DNA of 64,000 nucleotides, from assembly GCA_965235115.1 (NCBI GenBank), contig OZ249436.1, positions 41,602,001-41,666,000 on the forward strand, written 5' to 3'. Shown here in pieces: positions 27,601 through 39,600 of this stretch; position 1 is the stretch's first letter, and each line of letters opens with the position of its first letter. This DNA is from Laetmonice hystrix. Its lineage: Eukaryota. Both the position numbers and the translations under genes were made by a program. The notes beneath the pieces were generated by a model, which worked only from the letters and a program-made list of their open reading frames with translations, made no database searches and had not been told where the DNA came from.

Positions 27601-30600
27601 GCAAGTTGTCTTTTTAACTGTTTGGGAGAATATTTTGCAGTAGCTTTCATAAAATTGAGCAGCGCAATTGAAGGTAAGTTTTTTGTTGCCAATATCATTA
27701 ATTTTTACTCCATAGGTGGGAAGTACTGTGGTGGTGATGGGCTCTCTGAACCAACCAACGACTGTGCTGCAGGCTGGTATTGTAGTGGCGGAGCATGGTC
27801 CAACAAACCATGGCCATTTGTCAACACCAGTGACAGTTACAGTGTAGATGCACAGTGTCCAATATATTCTCTAAACGACACTGGTGGCATTTGTACTCCA
27901 GGTTTGTTAATTACATTGTTATTACATTTATCGTTAAATTTCATTCAAGTTTCCAGGAATGGAATACATTATGTACAAGTTGTATACACTTGATGATATT
28001 TAGGTATTTCCTTTTTAGATGCAATAATGATGAAACAGTTTAATCAGTTTTCCTTTCCTTTCCTCCATGTTCAGTAAATTTTATATCCGAGATGGTAACT
28101 TGTTCTCAGGTACGTATTGCCCTCAAGGTTCGGAGAGACCGACCCCTTGCCCAGCAGGTAAGTTCTGCAGCCAGCACGCACTGGCTCAGCCTACTGGAGA
28201 TTGTGCTGCGGGATTCTTCTGTAACGGAAGCGCTGTCATCAGAGATCCAAACCCCTGCAGCCTTGGGCGGTACTGCCCCGAGGGAACACCCATCGAGGAA
28301 CCTTGTCCCCCAGGAACTTTCACAAGTATGTACAAAGTCTTTGTTTTAACGGTGAATTATTTCTGTTAACTGAAGATCACCACTTCTGCAGTCAAGGTCT
28401 TTAGTCTGTATGGTGAGAATGTTGATTGTTAAAAACAGGCAGGATTTCCAGAGAATGTACATTTCAATATCAGAGCTAGAAAATTTCCATACGTATTGAG
28501 CAAGACCTGGTATTTTTATAGATCGCACAGGCAATGCCAACCTGACGGACTGTGAGGCCTGCACCGCCGGCCACTTCTGTGATGGGAACGGTCTGAGTGA
28601 ACCATCGGGACACTGTGACCTAGGCTACTATTGTCCAGGGGGTCAGGACTCCCAGAGGCCATCTGATCTCCCCTGCAGCCCCGGTCACTTCTGTCTGGTG
28701 GGTAGCTCAAACCAGACGGGCTGTCCATCTGGGACGTACCAGCCACACTGGAACCAGTGGAGCTGTGATCCGTGCCCTGCCGGTTCCTACTGCAAGGCCT
28801 TCGGTGAGTCTCTTGGGATTATAGTGGGGAACAGGGTGCTGGTTCACCGAACTTTTTGAAAGTCGTTTGAAAGATAATTGTCTGCATTCATGTAGTGTAA
28901 ACACATGAATTGGTCTGTGGGGTAAAGTCACGTGAAGTTGTGTAAATCAAAACAAGGCCAACAAGTATGGCCGGTAAGCCAGCAAAACCTGCTACATGTT
29001 CTACAGTGGCACTAACAGTGAAAATTAAGACAGGACTCCATGAAAATTTTAATGATACACCCAAACCTTTGTTTTATTTAGGTGATTATGAGGTTCTGGA
29101 CCAGTACAATGCCAGTTACCGTGGGGTGTCCGTTCCGACAGCATGTCCCCCTGGTTCCTGGTGTCCCGAGGGGACACGGGACAGCCATGAGTTCCTCTGT
29201 CCCGCTGGTTCATTCAGCAACCTGACCAGCCTCGACAATTCTACCAAGTGTGTGCCCTGTGTACCAGGATGGTACTGCAATGGCCAAGGTGAGAGACCTG
29301 CTTCAGTCAGAGGAAGATTTATCCATTGTTATGACATGGAATAGGGGACAGTGGCATGTGGATTAGCTACCTACTGCCTGGGCCTCGGATCCACCGCAGG
29401 TATAAAATTGTCCCGTTTATATTGGCAGGTAACACAGAACCTTCTGAGAAGTGTTCCCCCGGACATTTCTGTACGCTGGGAGCAGCGACCTCGACGCCAC
29501 TAGATGGCGTGACAGGTAACATCTGCCCGGCAGGACTTTACTGTGAGCTGGGTTCAGTGACGGGTGAAGGATGTCCTAAGGGTACGTTTAATGACGTCAC
29601 AGGGCTGGTGAATGCCACACAGTGTCAGTCGTGTACACCAGGGTACTACTGCAGTCGGACAGGGCTCACACAGGTGTCGGGAACATGCTGGGCAGGTAAG
29701 TAAACTATCTATGATGGGTCCCCATATCTGGGGTTCATTTCACTAAGATTGTTACAGCTCGTAAACAAGATAAAAACTCATATTTTACTATTGTGATCTA
29801 CAGAAAATATAAACTTGTAAAATATGAGTGTTTAGTGAAACAGCCCCTGATCCACTAGAGGCTTTTACTTGGACCATTCAGCATTTGAAATATACATGAG
29901 TCGCATGCATGAATAACTGACAGAACCCACAACATATTTAACTGCGGTAAATTAAGAATATACATCAATTTTATTGGGTTTTCAGGTCACTACTGCAGTG
30001 GTGGTTCAGACGAACCAGCCCCTGTCGGCCAATCATATGGTGATCTTTGTCTGCCGGGTCACTACTGTCCAAATGGTACAGCTGTCTCCAGACCATGTCT
30101 GCCAGGAACCTTCCAAGATAGAGCGGGTCAGGGATCCATTGATGATTGCATTGCTTGCAGTGCGGGATCATATTGCGAACACTGGGGTAAAACTAACGTG
30201 ACCGGCCCCTGTGCAGCTGGGTTCTACTGTACCCTGGGCGCCAACACGTCCTCGCCGCAGGATGGCATGACAGGTCAGTCAATATTCCTGTACCAAACTG
30301 ATCAATATACCGGAACCAAGCTGATCACTTCCTGCTAGAGGAGTCTCAACGTGGGCAAACTTTGAGTGGTAATCGTGAAATCTTACCTGTTCATTGTTAT
30401 CTTACCTGTGCAGGTAACGTGTGCCCAGCGGGATCCTACTGTCCCGAGGGATCCTACCAATCTTTGCCCTGCACCAACGGTACCTACACCAACTTCACTG
30501 GGGCTGTGGTATGTCTGACCTGTCCTGAGGGACACTACTGTGTCAACAGGGACCGGGCCGATGACTGCAGACAGGGGTACTACTGTCCTCTCGGCACTGG

Positions 30601-33600
30601 CGCTGATCTACAACCCTGCCCCCTGGGAACGTTTGGCAATACTACTGGACTTGGGAAGGAATCTCAGTGTAGCCAATGTACAGGTATTGCGACTGTTAAT
30701 GATATAGGATATATTGAAAAATGGATAAAAATTCAGGGCCTTACAGGCCCCAGTTAGATCAGTGTTTACATTCGTGTTTTAGAGGTTCAAGTTATATACA
30801 TTCTGTTTTAAAAGATTGTATTTGTTGATGTGGCCAAGTTGACATATTCAAAGTTTGACTCTGTGTTATAGGAGGGTACTTCTGTGGAACGCCAGGATCA
30901 AGTGAGCCTGATGGGGAGTGTGACCCAGGTCACTACTGTGAGTATGGGGTGGACACCCTGCGCCCCACTGACAATTCACCCCACACCGGGGTTGGAGGCG
31001 AGTGTCCGGCAGGAAGTTACTGCCCTTGTGGTACAACCAATCCGTTACCATGCCAACCTGGCTCTTATAATGATGCCACTGGTGAGTAGTTGATGCATCG
31101 ATGGGACACATTATTTACTAAACTATAATGTGACAAAGAGTCGTTATCCAGTCTGGGTAACCAGTGGCGTACCCAGAGGGGGGTGCTTGGGGTGCTCAAG
31201 CACCCCCCTCAATTTGCCCATTTTTTTGGGGTGTGCGCCCACACTGCCACAGGCACAGCCCCCTCCCAATTTGCAGCGCCTACGACGTTGGTTATTTCCA
31301 GCACCCTCCAGGGTCCAGTTTCTGGGTACACCACTGGTAACTTGGTTATAATTAAGAAATAGTAGTGGGACTTTGTTCATTTCATTTTAAGAGATGTCTC
31401 CTCAGATCATTCGTTTCAGATGTTATTATATATTTTATTTATCATCACAGTTTGAGTTTGGAAGGCTAACAGTTGAGATGCTAGAGAATGTAGCATTCAA
31501 CCCTCTATGAGTGGGCCTCAGCTATTCTACTGTTGGAACTGATTTTTATCCAAGTCGCTCTATGCTCCTGTGGAAGGTTTAATGTTTGTTATTCTGTCCA
31601 CTAGGTCGTGCCTCATGTCAGACATGTCCTGGTGGCTACTACTGTGTGCTCAACACGACCAACCCGACAGGTGCTCCATGCCCTGTCGGTCACTACTGTC
31701 CCGCCGGTACAGGCTATGACAAACAGTTCCCCTGTCCTGCTGGAACGTATAACAGCGACACAGCAATGTCCAATTCTTCCGCCTGTCGACTGTGTACAGC
31801 AGGCCAGTACTGTGACGGGGAAGGTCTTAATGCTCCGACAGGCAACTGTAGTGAAGGTTGGTTCTGTACAGGGGGTGCATCGGTCTCCAAGCCCACTGCT
31901 CTTGGTGAGTATGTCCCAGCGGCATGCAACTTTAAACCCCCATTTGGCAGACGTTTGTCACAACTGTCACATGTGTTAGAATTTTACAAATTTGATAGTT
32001 TTTTTTACTGTTACTATCCAGATATGGTCATTCTGTATTTGGCACAGATAATAACAATTACTTCTGCCACTTTTGTTTAAAAATTCAAATTTGTCCCCAC
32101 TGGCTCGCCATAATTATAGGAAACTACAGCTCTATCGACATGTGCAGCTGCCTTGAGTTTAACTACACTGGTGGGAAGTGTCAGCCAGGGTCCTACTGCC
32201 CGTCTGGATCGTCGGCACCTGTGTCCTGTACACCTGGTTACTACTGCGCTGATTACACTCTCCCGTCACCCTCAGGTAAGAAAACACCTGTAATCTGTAG
32301 TCTCTCTAGTGGGTACATTGAAATACATACATGTATACTCTCATCTCCAACTATTTTAAACATTATCGGTATTCTGATGTGTCGTCATATAGCTCAGTGC
32401 CAGGCTGGGTTCTACTGTCCTGGTGGCCAAATGGTTGCCAGCCCACCTCAGTTTGAATGCCTGATTGGACACTACTGTCCGATTGGCTCTGGGTCACCGA
32501 TCCAGTGTCCGAATGGAACTTTCTCCAATACAACAGGCAACACAGAACTTGCCAACTGCTTACCGTGTACCCCTGGTAAGTCGTAACATTCTCAGCAACA
32601 TTCTGCAAGTCGTGATTGCCACATAATTAGATATAATTCAAGTGTGGACAGATTCTTGCTACATCAAGCAAAACTGAAGAACATACTTGTTCTATGCTGT
32701 TTTCTGTATTTATTACATTAGTGGCATGAAAAGATCAAATGTGATGTTATTCACCAAAACAGACGAAAAACACCCTTCATAGAAGGGTGGAAACAAGCTA
32801 GAGGATTGATTCTAAAGTGAATTTGTATAGATTTAGCAGTTGTGATTCTTCTTTCGTAGAAATAACCTGTTTTCAGCTGTCATGATTTGACTTTATGTTG
32901 TGGTCATCAGGATCATACTGCAGTGGCGTGGCCTTGGTGAGCGTATCTGCAGACTGTGCTGCAGGCTTCTACTGTCCGGGTGGCCAAAGCACCGGGTCAC
33001 CTGCTGAGTACTTGTGTACTAAGGGTTCTCACTGCCCCACTGGTAGCCCCATCCCTGTCATCTGTCCAAGAGGTAAGAAAAGAATTTGGAAGAAAATGTA
33101 TGAAATAATGAGTTTAGACTATGATATGCCATATATTTTATATTTTAATAAGCTGCCTTGAATACAGCACAAGATCATAGTGATTTAAATGTACATAGTC
33201 GATGTGACGGAGAAATAATATCGGAGGAGAGTGCTTGTAAAGGTGGACAAGACTAAACCAGCCAATGAATGCATTGTTTTTGTCATCAGGCGAGTACCAG
33301 GACGACGAGGGAGAGGCGACTTGCAAGCCCTGTCCTACAGGAAAGTACTGCGACCCTCATGAGCTGGGCAATGCTACGGGCATTATCAACCCAGTGAGCT
33401 GTCCCATGGGGTACGTGTGTCCACTGCGCACCAAGTTCGCCACCCAGAACCCATGTCTGCCTGGGAGATTCGGCAACGTCACCGAGCTGACAAAACTGAG
33501 TAAGTACTGGTCACAGTTGGTTAGACATTTCATGACCTTCCCTGAGTAAACTCAACATGGAAGTCCCAGTGCCACAGCCATGTTATGGTAATTGGGGTTT

Positions 33601-36600
33601 TGATAGCTCTGTCTTCTCCCAAAGTGAAGCCAGCAAAAACCAGCATGGTTTTTGGTTTACCAAGGCACTGGAAAGTTTATCCACAGCTTTATGTATGGTC
33701 CATGTCGACTTCCCCTGGTCAGATTGTATTCTGTGCCCAGGATAATGTCTGCCATGTACACTTTCTGGGTCAGATAATTTGTCACTTGTATTCTGTGCCC
33801 AGGATAATGTCTGCCATGTACACTTTCTGAGTCAGATAGTTTGTCACTTTGTATTCTGTGCCCAGGATAATGTCTGCCATGTACACTTTCTGGGTCAGAT
33901 AATTTGTCACTTGTATTCTGTGCCCAGGATAATGTCTGCCATGTACACTTTCTGAGTCAGATAGTTTGTCACTTTGTATTCTGTGCCCAGGATAATGTCT
34001 GCCATGTACACTTTCTGGGTCAGATAGTTTGTCACTTTGTATTCTGTGCCCAGGATAATGTCTGCCATGTACACTTTCTGGGTCAGATAGTTTATCACCT
34101 TGTATTCTGTGCCCAGGATAATGTCTGCCATGTACACTTTCTGGGTCAGATAGTTTATCACCTTGTATTCTGTGCCCAGGATAATGTCTGCCATGTACAC
34201 TTTCTGGGTCAGATAGTTTGTCACTTTATATTCTGTGCCCAGGTGAATGTCTGCCATGTACATCCGGGTCATACTGTGAGACGCCAGGCCTCACACAACC
34301 AACAGCCATGTGTACTGCTGGATACTACTGTACACTGGGCTCCAATTCGTCAACACCAACAGATGGCAGCACTGGTGATATCTGCCCCATGGGGAGCTAT
34401 TGCCCAACAGGCTCCATGATTGGTGAGTTATTCACGTAACACTTCATGCTTTTTTATACTTTGTTTCAAAAATATTTCACAGAATGCATATCACTAAAAT
34501 TGTACCGGTAACTATATCCGACTTATTACAGGGCTCTTATTACAATTTTGTTGATCAGTTATTCACTGATCATTCTATTCTTGATATTTGTTTCCAGGCA
34601 TTCCCTGTCCACCTGGTCGCTATGGCAACACGACAGGCCTGCGTACACCCACCGACTGTCCGCCCTGCGACCCCGGATGGTACTGTCCCACCACCAGGCT
34701 GACCACACCCTATGAGCAGTGTGAGGCAGGCCACTACTGTGAATCAGGAGCCACACAGCCGAACCCAATAAATGAAACCTCGGGCTACCTGTGCCCACAG
34801 GGACACTACTGTCCCATGGGTACACCCACACCGACTCCGTGTGGGCGGGGCACCTACCAACCTGATGCAGGTCAGTGGGTCACACGGGTTACCGGTACTT
34901 ACCCCGGTACATTCAGTTAATGAATGAAATCGATCTCTCATTAGTTTACATATCAAACGGAGGTTGTGCAGTTCATTATGGCCGGTTCATTAGGAGATAC
35001 CCGTCACAGATCCTTAACGTTTTTAAAGTGTACTCAAACGACTCATATAGTTGGGTTGGATCCTTTTCAATCAAGGAATTGTTTAGTCACAAAGTAAGAG
35101 GTTCCTTCAAAATATGGTGTAGATATTTTTCATAATTATTTTGGAAGCCGTTTTTAGATTGCAGAGGTACTAATTAAAATCGATAGTTCCGTTCCATGTG
35201 TTCAATGAAATAAAAGGGAAGTTTGGGTAAAATTTGTATATTTATTGGTGTAATTGTTTTTATTGAATGCGGCAGACAGTGAAATCTCAGGTTGTTTTTA
35301 CATGAGATGTGCCATGTAATCCGCATCCATGCATGTTTAGCAAGAAATCAGCACATCCCTTGTGAATGTCATCAACTTTCCCAGGGTGAATTGAAGTGCT
35401 CGAAGTGGCCACTTTTCTAGCTCGTACACATACTTCCTTCTGCTTCTTATAGCTGAAAGTTTGGAAAGTATTTTAGGTAATAGGTGGCAAAGTTCTGTTA
35501 ATTATTCACTGAACTTGTAGAGTTTTTTAAATTAACGCATGGCATTTATCAGCTTTTCGTTCTTTCAAACACATCTGCACATTCGTGGTTTAACCAGCAC
35601 ATAAAACACATCATGTTTGAAGCTGTCACAATATGTCATATTTTCTTTTTTTACCATACAATGTACTTAAAGTGCAACTGACATCACATAGGTAACTTTA
35701 CTGATCTAGATAGATCACTTTGAGTTGTAGCCGTATCCCTGATAGGTTTTCTGAGAAGTCCTCTCAATTTAGAAAAATATTGAAAATTCGAATCTCGCGC
35801 CTCATTACAGTTTCACTCCTGCCTATTCTTTACCATTGCCCCTGATGACGTCACTAGGGGAATTGGTCTTTAAAATGGCTTACACACAGTTCATATTCTT
35901 GTACAATAACCGCTCCTTTAAGTTAAACAACAACAAATTACATGTATCATCAGGATCTGGCACTAAATTTCATGTAAATTTTGATGTCTGTTGGACTTTA
36001 AAAATAGTTACCAATGTCTGACTGAGACTTTGTGGTTTTAGTAATATTCTAATAGACGAGTCTGGTATACGAATGGTTGTACACGTATATGAATGTCCTA
36101 GTTGTGGTCAGAATTGACATAAGGTAATAAACAAGAATGACAAGGAATACTACATTAAAGGCATAATATAAAATTCTAAGTTTTAACTAATCTACGGAAA
36201 ACAAAACAGTGCATTTCCATGGTGTTAAAAGATTAGAAAAGTAGAATTTTTGAAATTTAATTTCAGGAAAGCGTTCCATTGATGACTGTGTACCGTGTGA
36301 GCCAGGCCACTATTGTCTAGTTTCTGGGCAACCAAACGTCACTGGACCATGTGTGGAGGGCTACTATTGCAGCGGAGGGGCCATGGACCCCAACCCTAGA
36401 GGTCGGTATTAGCTAACACAGCGACATGCAAATTGTTTAGGTTTTTATTGAAATAATTTTGTTTTGTTTTTCCCCTTACATTTTTTTTTGTGGTCCTTTT
36501 TGGGGGAAGGGAGGATGTTGTCAGGAATAATCATAGAAATAAAGACGTTAATGTTAATTTGAGAGGAAAAGGACTGCAAGGAGTTATTACTCAAATGTAA

Positions 36601-39600
36601 AGTAAATTCAAACCAATTAAATTTTTTCTGTATTGGTAACCCACCTTTGTCTTGTAGACAACCAAACTGGAAACATCTGCCCTGTCGGTAACTATTGTTC
36701 AGAGGGGAGTCTGATGCCAACACCATGCGCTAACGCCACCTACATGAACCACACTGGAGCAGCTCAGTGCTATGAGTGCCCAGCGGGTTACTATTGCACC
36801 AATCGGGACCGCGCAGACCCGTGCCCACACGGCTACTACTGCCCCAGGGGTACGGGAGCTGGGCAGCTGCCCTGCCCTGTGGGTGAGTTCATGAGGATTC
36901 ACTGGGTCTCTACTTAATTAACACCAATTAACACCAATTAACGTGGGTTTTAAGTTGTACTGGATATAGCTTTACCATAGTAGGCTCATGGAGGACGGAT
37001 AACGTTCTATGTAACTGAGACATTTTACTATTGCCTTACTGATTTTACTCGTATATCCTGACTAATACCGACGGATTGCAAAGAAATTGCTATGGGCCAT
37101 GCCAATGATCTTTCATGCTCCTTTTCTGCCAGGATCCTACGGAGCGACGACCCATCTGATGGCAGAAGGGGACTGTAGTTTGTGTACTGGTGGATCTTAC
37201 TGTGATGTCCCTGGTCTGGCTACACCTGCTGGGTCATGTGATCCAGGTTACTACTGCACTACTGGATCCAATATCTCAAACCCACAGGCTGGGGTCCCAT
37301 ACACTGGTCAGGGTGGTCGGTGCACGGCCGGCTCAGAATGTCCCCAGAACTCTACCTACCCGAAGGCATGTGAACCAGGCTGGTACGCCGCGGTGGAAGG
37401 CTTGGCGGCCTGCAACCCATGTCCTTCTGGTGAGTCTGATGAAAGTCCTTAATTATTACATCAATTGTATTTAATTCTCCATGTCAGAAAGGCCTGACAG
37501 TTTTACCCACAGATTTAAACATTTAAATTGGAAGCCAGGGTCCATCATGTCAGACCATCTGCTCTCTTCCATTGGGAGAAACCTGATGATGTATGGGCTA
37601 TTGACCATTATTAGAGGGGAGAAAAATAAGATAATTTTTTATTGATTTGTTATTGATACTACCGACTACTCCAGTGTTTTTCAATTCCAGGGTTCTACTG
37701 CCTGAATGAGACGGTAGTTCCTGTGGAGTGTCCATCTGGCCACTTCTGTCCAGAGAAGACCAGGTTTGCTACAGAGTTCCCTTGTCCCGAGGGTACTTAC
37801 AACAACGATACAGGTCAGTCCAGTGGATGGCATCTCTTATTAATCTGTAAAGTTTATGCTTAGAATCTGCCCTAGCAGGTCGAAAAGATTTAAGTTGGAG
37901 ACATTCAGGACTATTCAAGATATATGAACAAAATGCGTTGCTGTCATTGCAGGAGCTAGCAATGACTCGAGTTGTCAGGCCTGCCCACCTGGGTCATACT
38001 GTAGCGGGGTGGCGAATAGCGCAGTGGATGGCCAGTGTGACGCGGGTTTCTACTGCAGTGGAGGGTCCTTCCAGAGAAGACCATACAGTATCGGGCAGCT
38101 AGTCAACACCACTGGAGGGTACGTTCAGGGTATGGAGGGGTGCCTGTGGAGCATCAGTATGTATGGGTGTAAGTTTTCTCTGGGGCTAGTTTCAGTAATT
38201 CTGATCATTTGGATCTTGTCACAGTTCTAGGGCTGATAGTCTCAACGGTTGCTCTCTGGAGCTTCAGTAGTTTATTTTTTATCTTTAATGATTGGTTACG
38301 TGTTTCAGTGATCTTACGTCCAACAACACCTGCTACCCGACATGGGACTGCGTGTGTCCAGCGTTCCACCTGTCCACAGGAGGAATGTGTCCTCCCGGGT
38401 CGTACTGCCCCCAGGGCTCAGTAAAACCACTTCCGTGCGACTCCGGCAAGTACTGTGCTGACCCTGGCTTGGCACTGCCATCTGGTGAGTGATGCTTGTA
38501 CCATTGAGCACCTCCAAAAAACTGACTGCTCCACCTACATAGATACTGAGATACAGTTTGAGGCTAAATTCAGGAGTTTAACAGAAAAATCAATCCTTTC
38601 ATAAAGAAAGCTATAAACCTCATAATCTTTCCCTAAAATATACCAGTATAAGTTCTATAATATAATAAACCCAATTATTTCTCCATCGGCCTATATTGAT
38701 CTGCACTTCTTTTCCCGTTCCGATAGATGACTGCTCTGCTGGGTACTACTGCAATCACTCTAGCTCAACCCCGACCCAGTACATCTGTCCTGTTGGTCGG
38801 TACTGTCCGACAGGTACTGGCGTTCCGTTCGCCTGCCCAGCTGGTACATTCTCCAACACGACCCACAACACCGACCTCATTCACTGCCGTAATTGTACGG
38901 GTGGATACTACTGTGCAGGTCAGTGTGTTATTGGTCTATCACATGTGAATATGATGTTGTTATCTTCTATCTTGACGGTGTTGTCATGAAGTTGTTTTGG
39001 TGGTAAATTTGACATGAGATTGCTGTGATATTCAGGAGAGGGTAACGAGTACCCGACTGCTGAGTGCAGCGCAGGGTTCTACTGTCCAGGGGGTCAGGAC
39101 ACTGCCACGCCCCAGTCCCTGCCTTGTCCGGCGGGTCATTTCTGTGATGTGGGAACAACGTTCCCTGAACTGTGCACCAATGGTACTTACCAACAGGAGA
39201 CTGGTCAGGACCACTGCGACGTCTGTCCACCGGGATACTACTGCAACGCTCTCGATGGTAGGTGTGCAGGGCTATGTGGGTGCATGGTGCTACCATCTAG
39301 TGGTTCGGCACTCTAGTAATTAGGGTATTTAGCATATAGTGCTGCAGATATGTGAAAGAATTGTGCCTTTAATGAAAGAAGCATGAAATTTGGCACACAG
39401 TTAGGGAATGCCCTAAGGAAGATATTTGGCCATAGGGACATCGTAGACTTGCTCTGTGACAAAAATTGCAGCCATTTTTCAAATCTTATTTATTACCGTA
39501 CACATCACACATCAATGGTTCTTCTGACCACATATCGGTTGAAGATTGCAAAGAATGACAGACTGGGTTTAAAAAAATCAAGATCAGTGAAGTTTATATA

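Noticed and set aside
31130-31380. ORFs on both strands at 31130-31380
   Set aside because: They coincide with the GC-rich 175-bp MITE and show no transposase motifs.
33727-34262. CRISPR array
   Set aside because: The units are near-identical along their full length with no unique spacers, there are no cas genes, and the context is a eukaryotic intron. It is a minisatellite.
33904-34419. ORFs 33904..34419 (+) and 33907..34272 (-) as repeat proteins
   Set aside because: They stay open only because the 63-bp unit is a multiple of 3; they lie in an intron and have no splice or start context.
35839-35860. Near-palindrome cccctgatgacgtcactagggg with a CRE (TGACGTCA) core as a regulatory site
   Set aside because: It is a single short intronic motif with no supporting promoter context; it could be chance or a repeat remnant.
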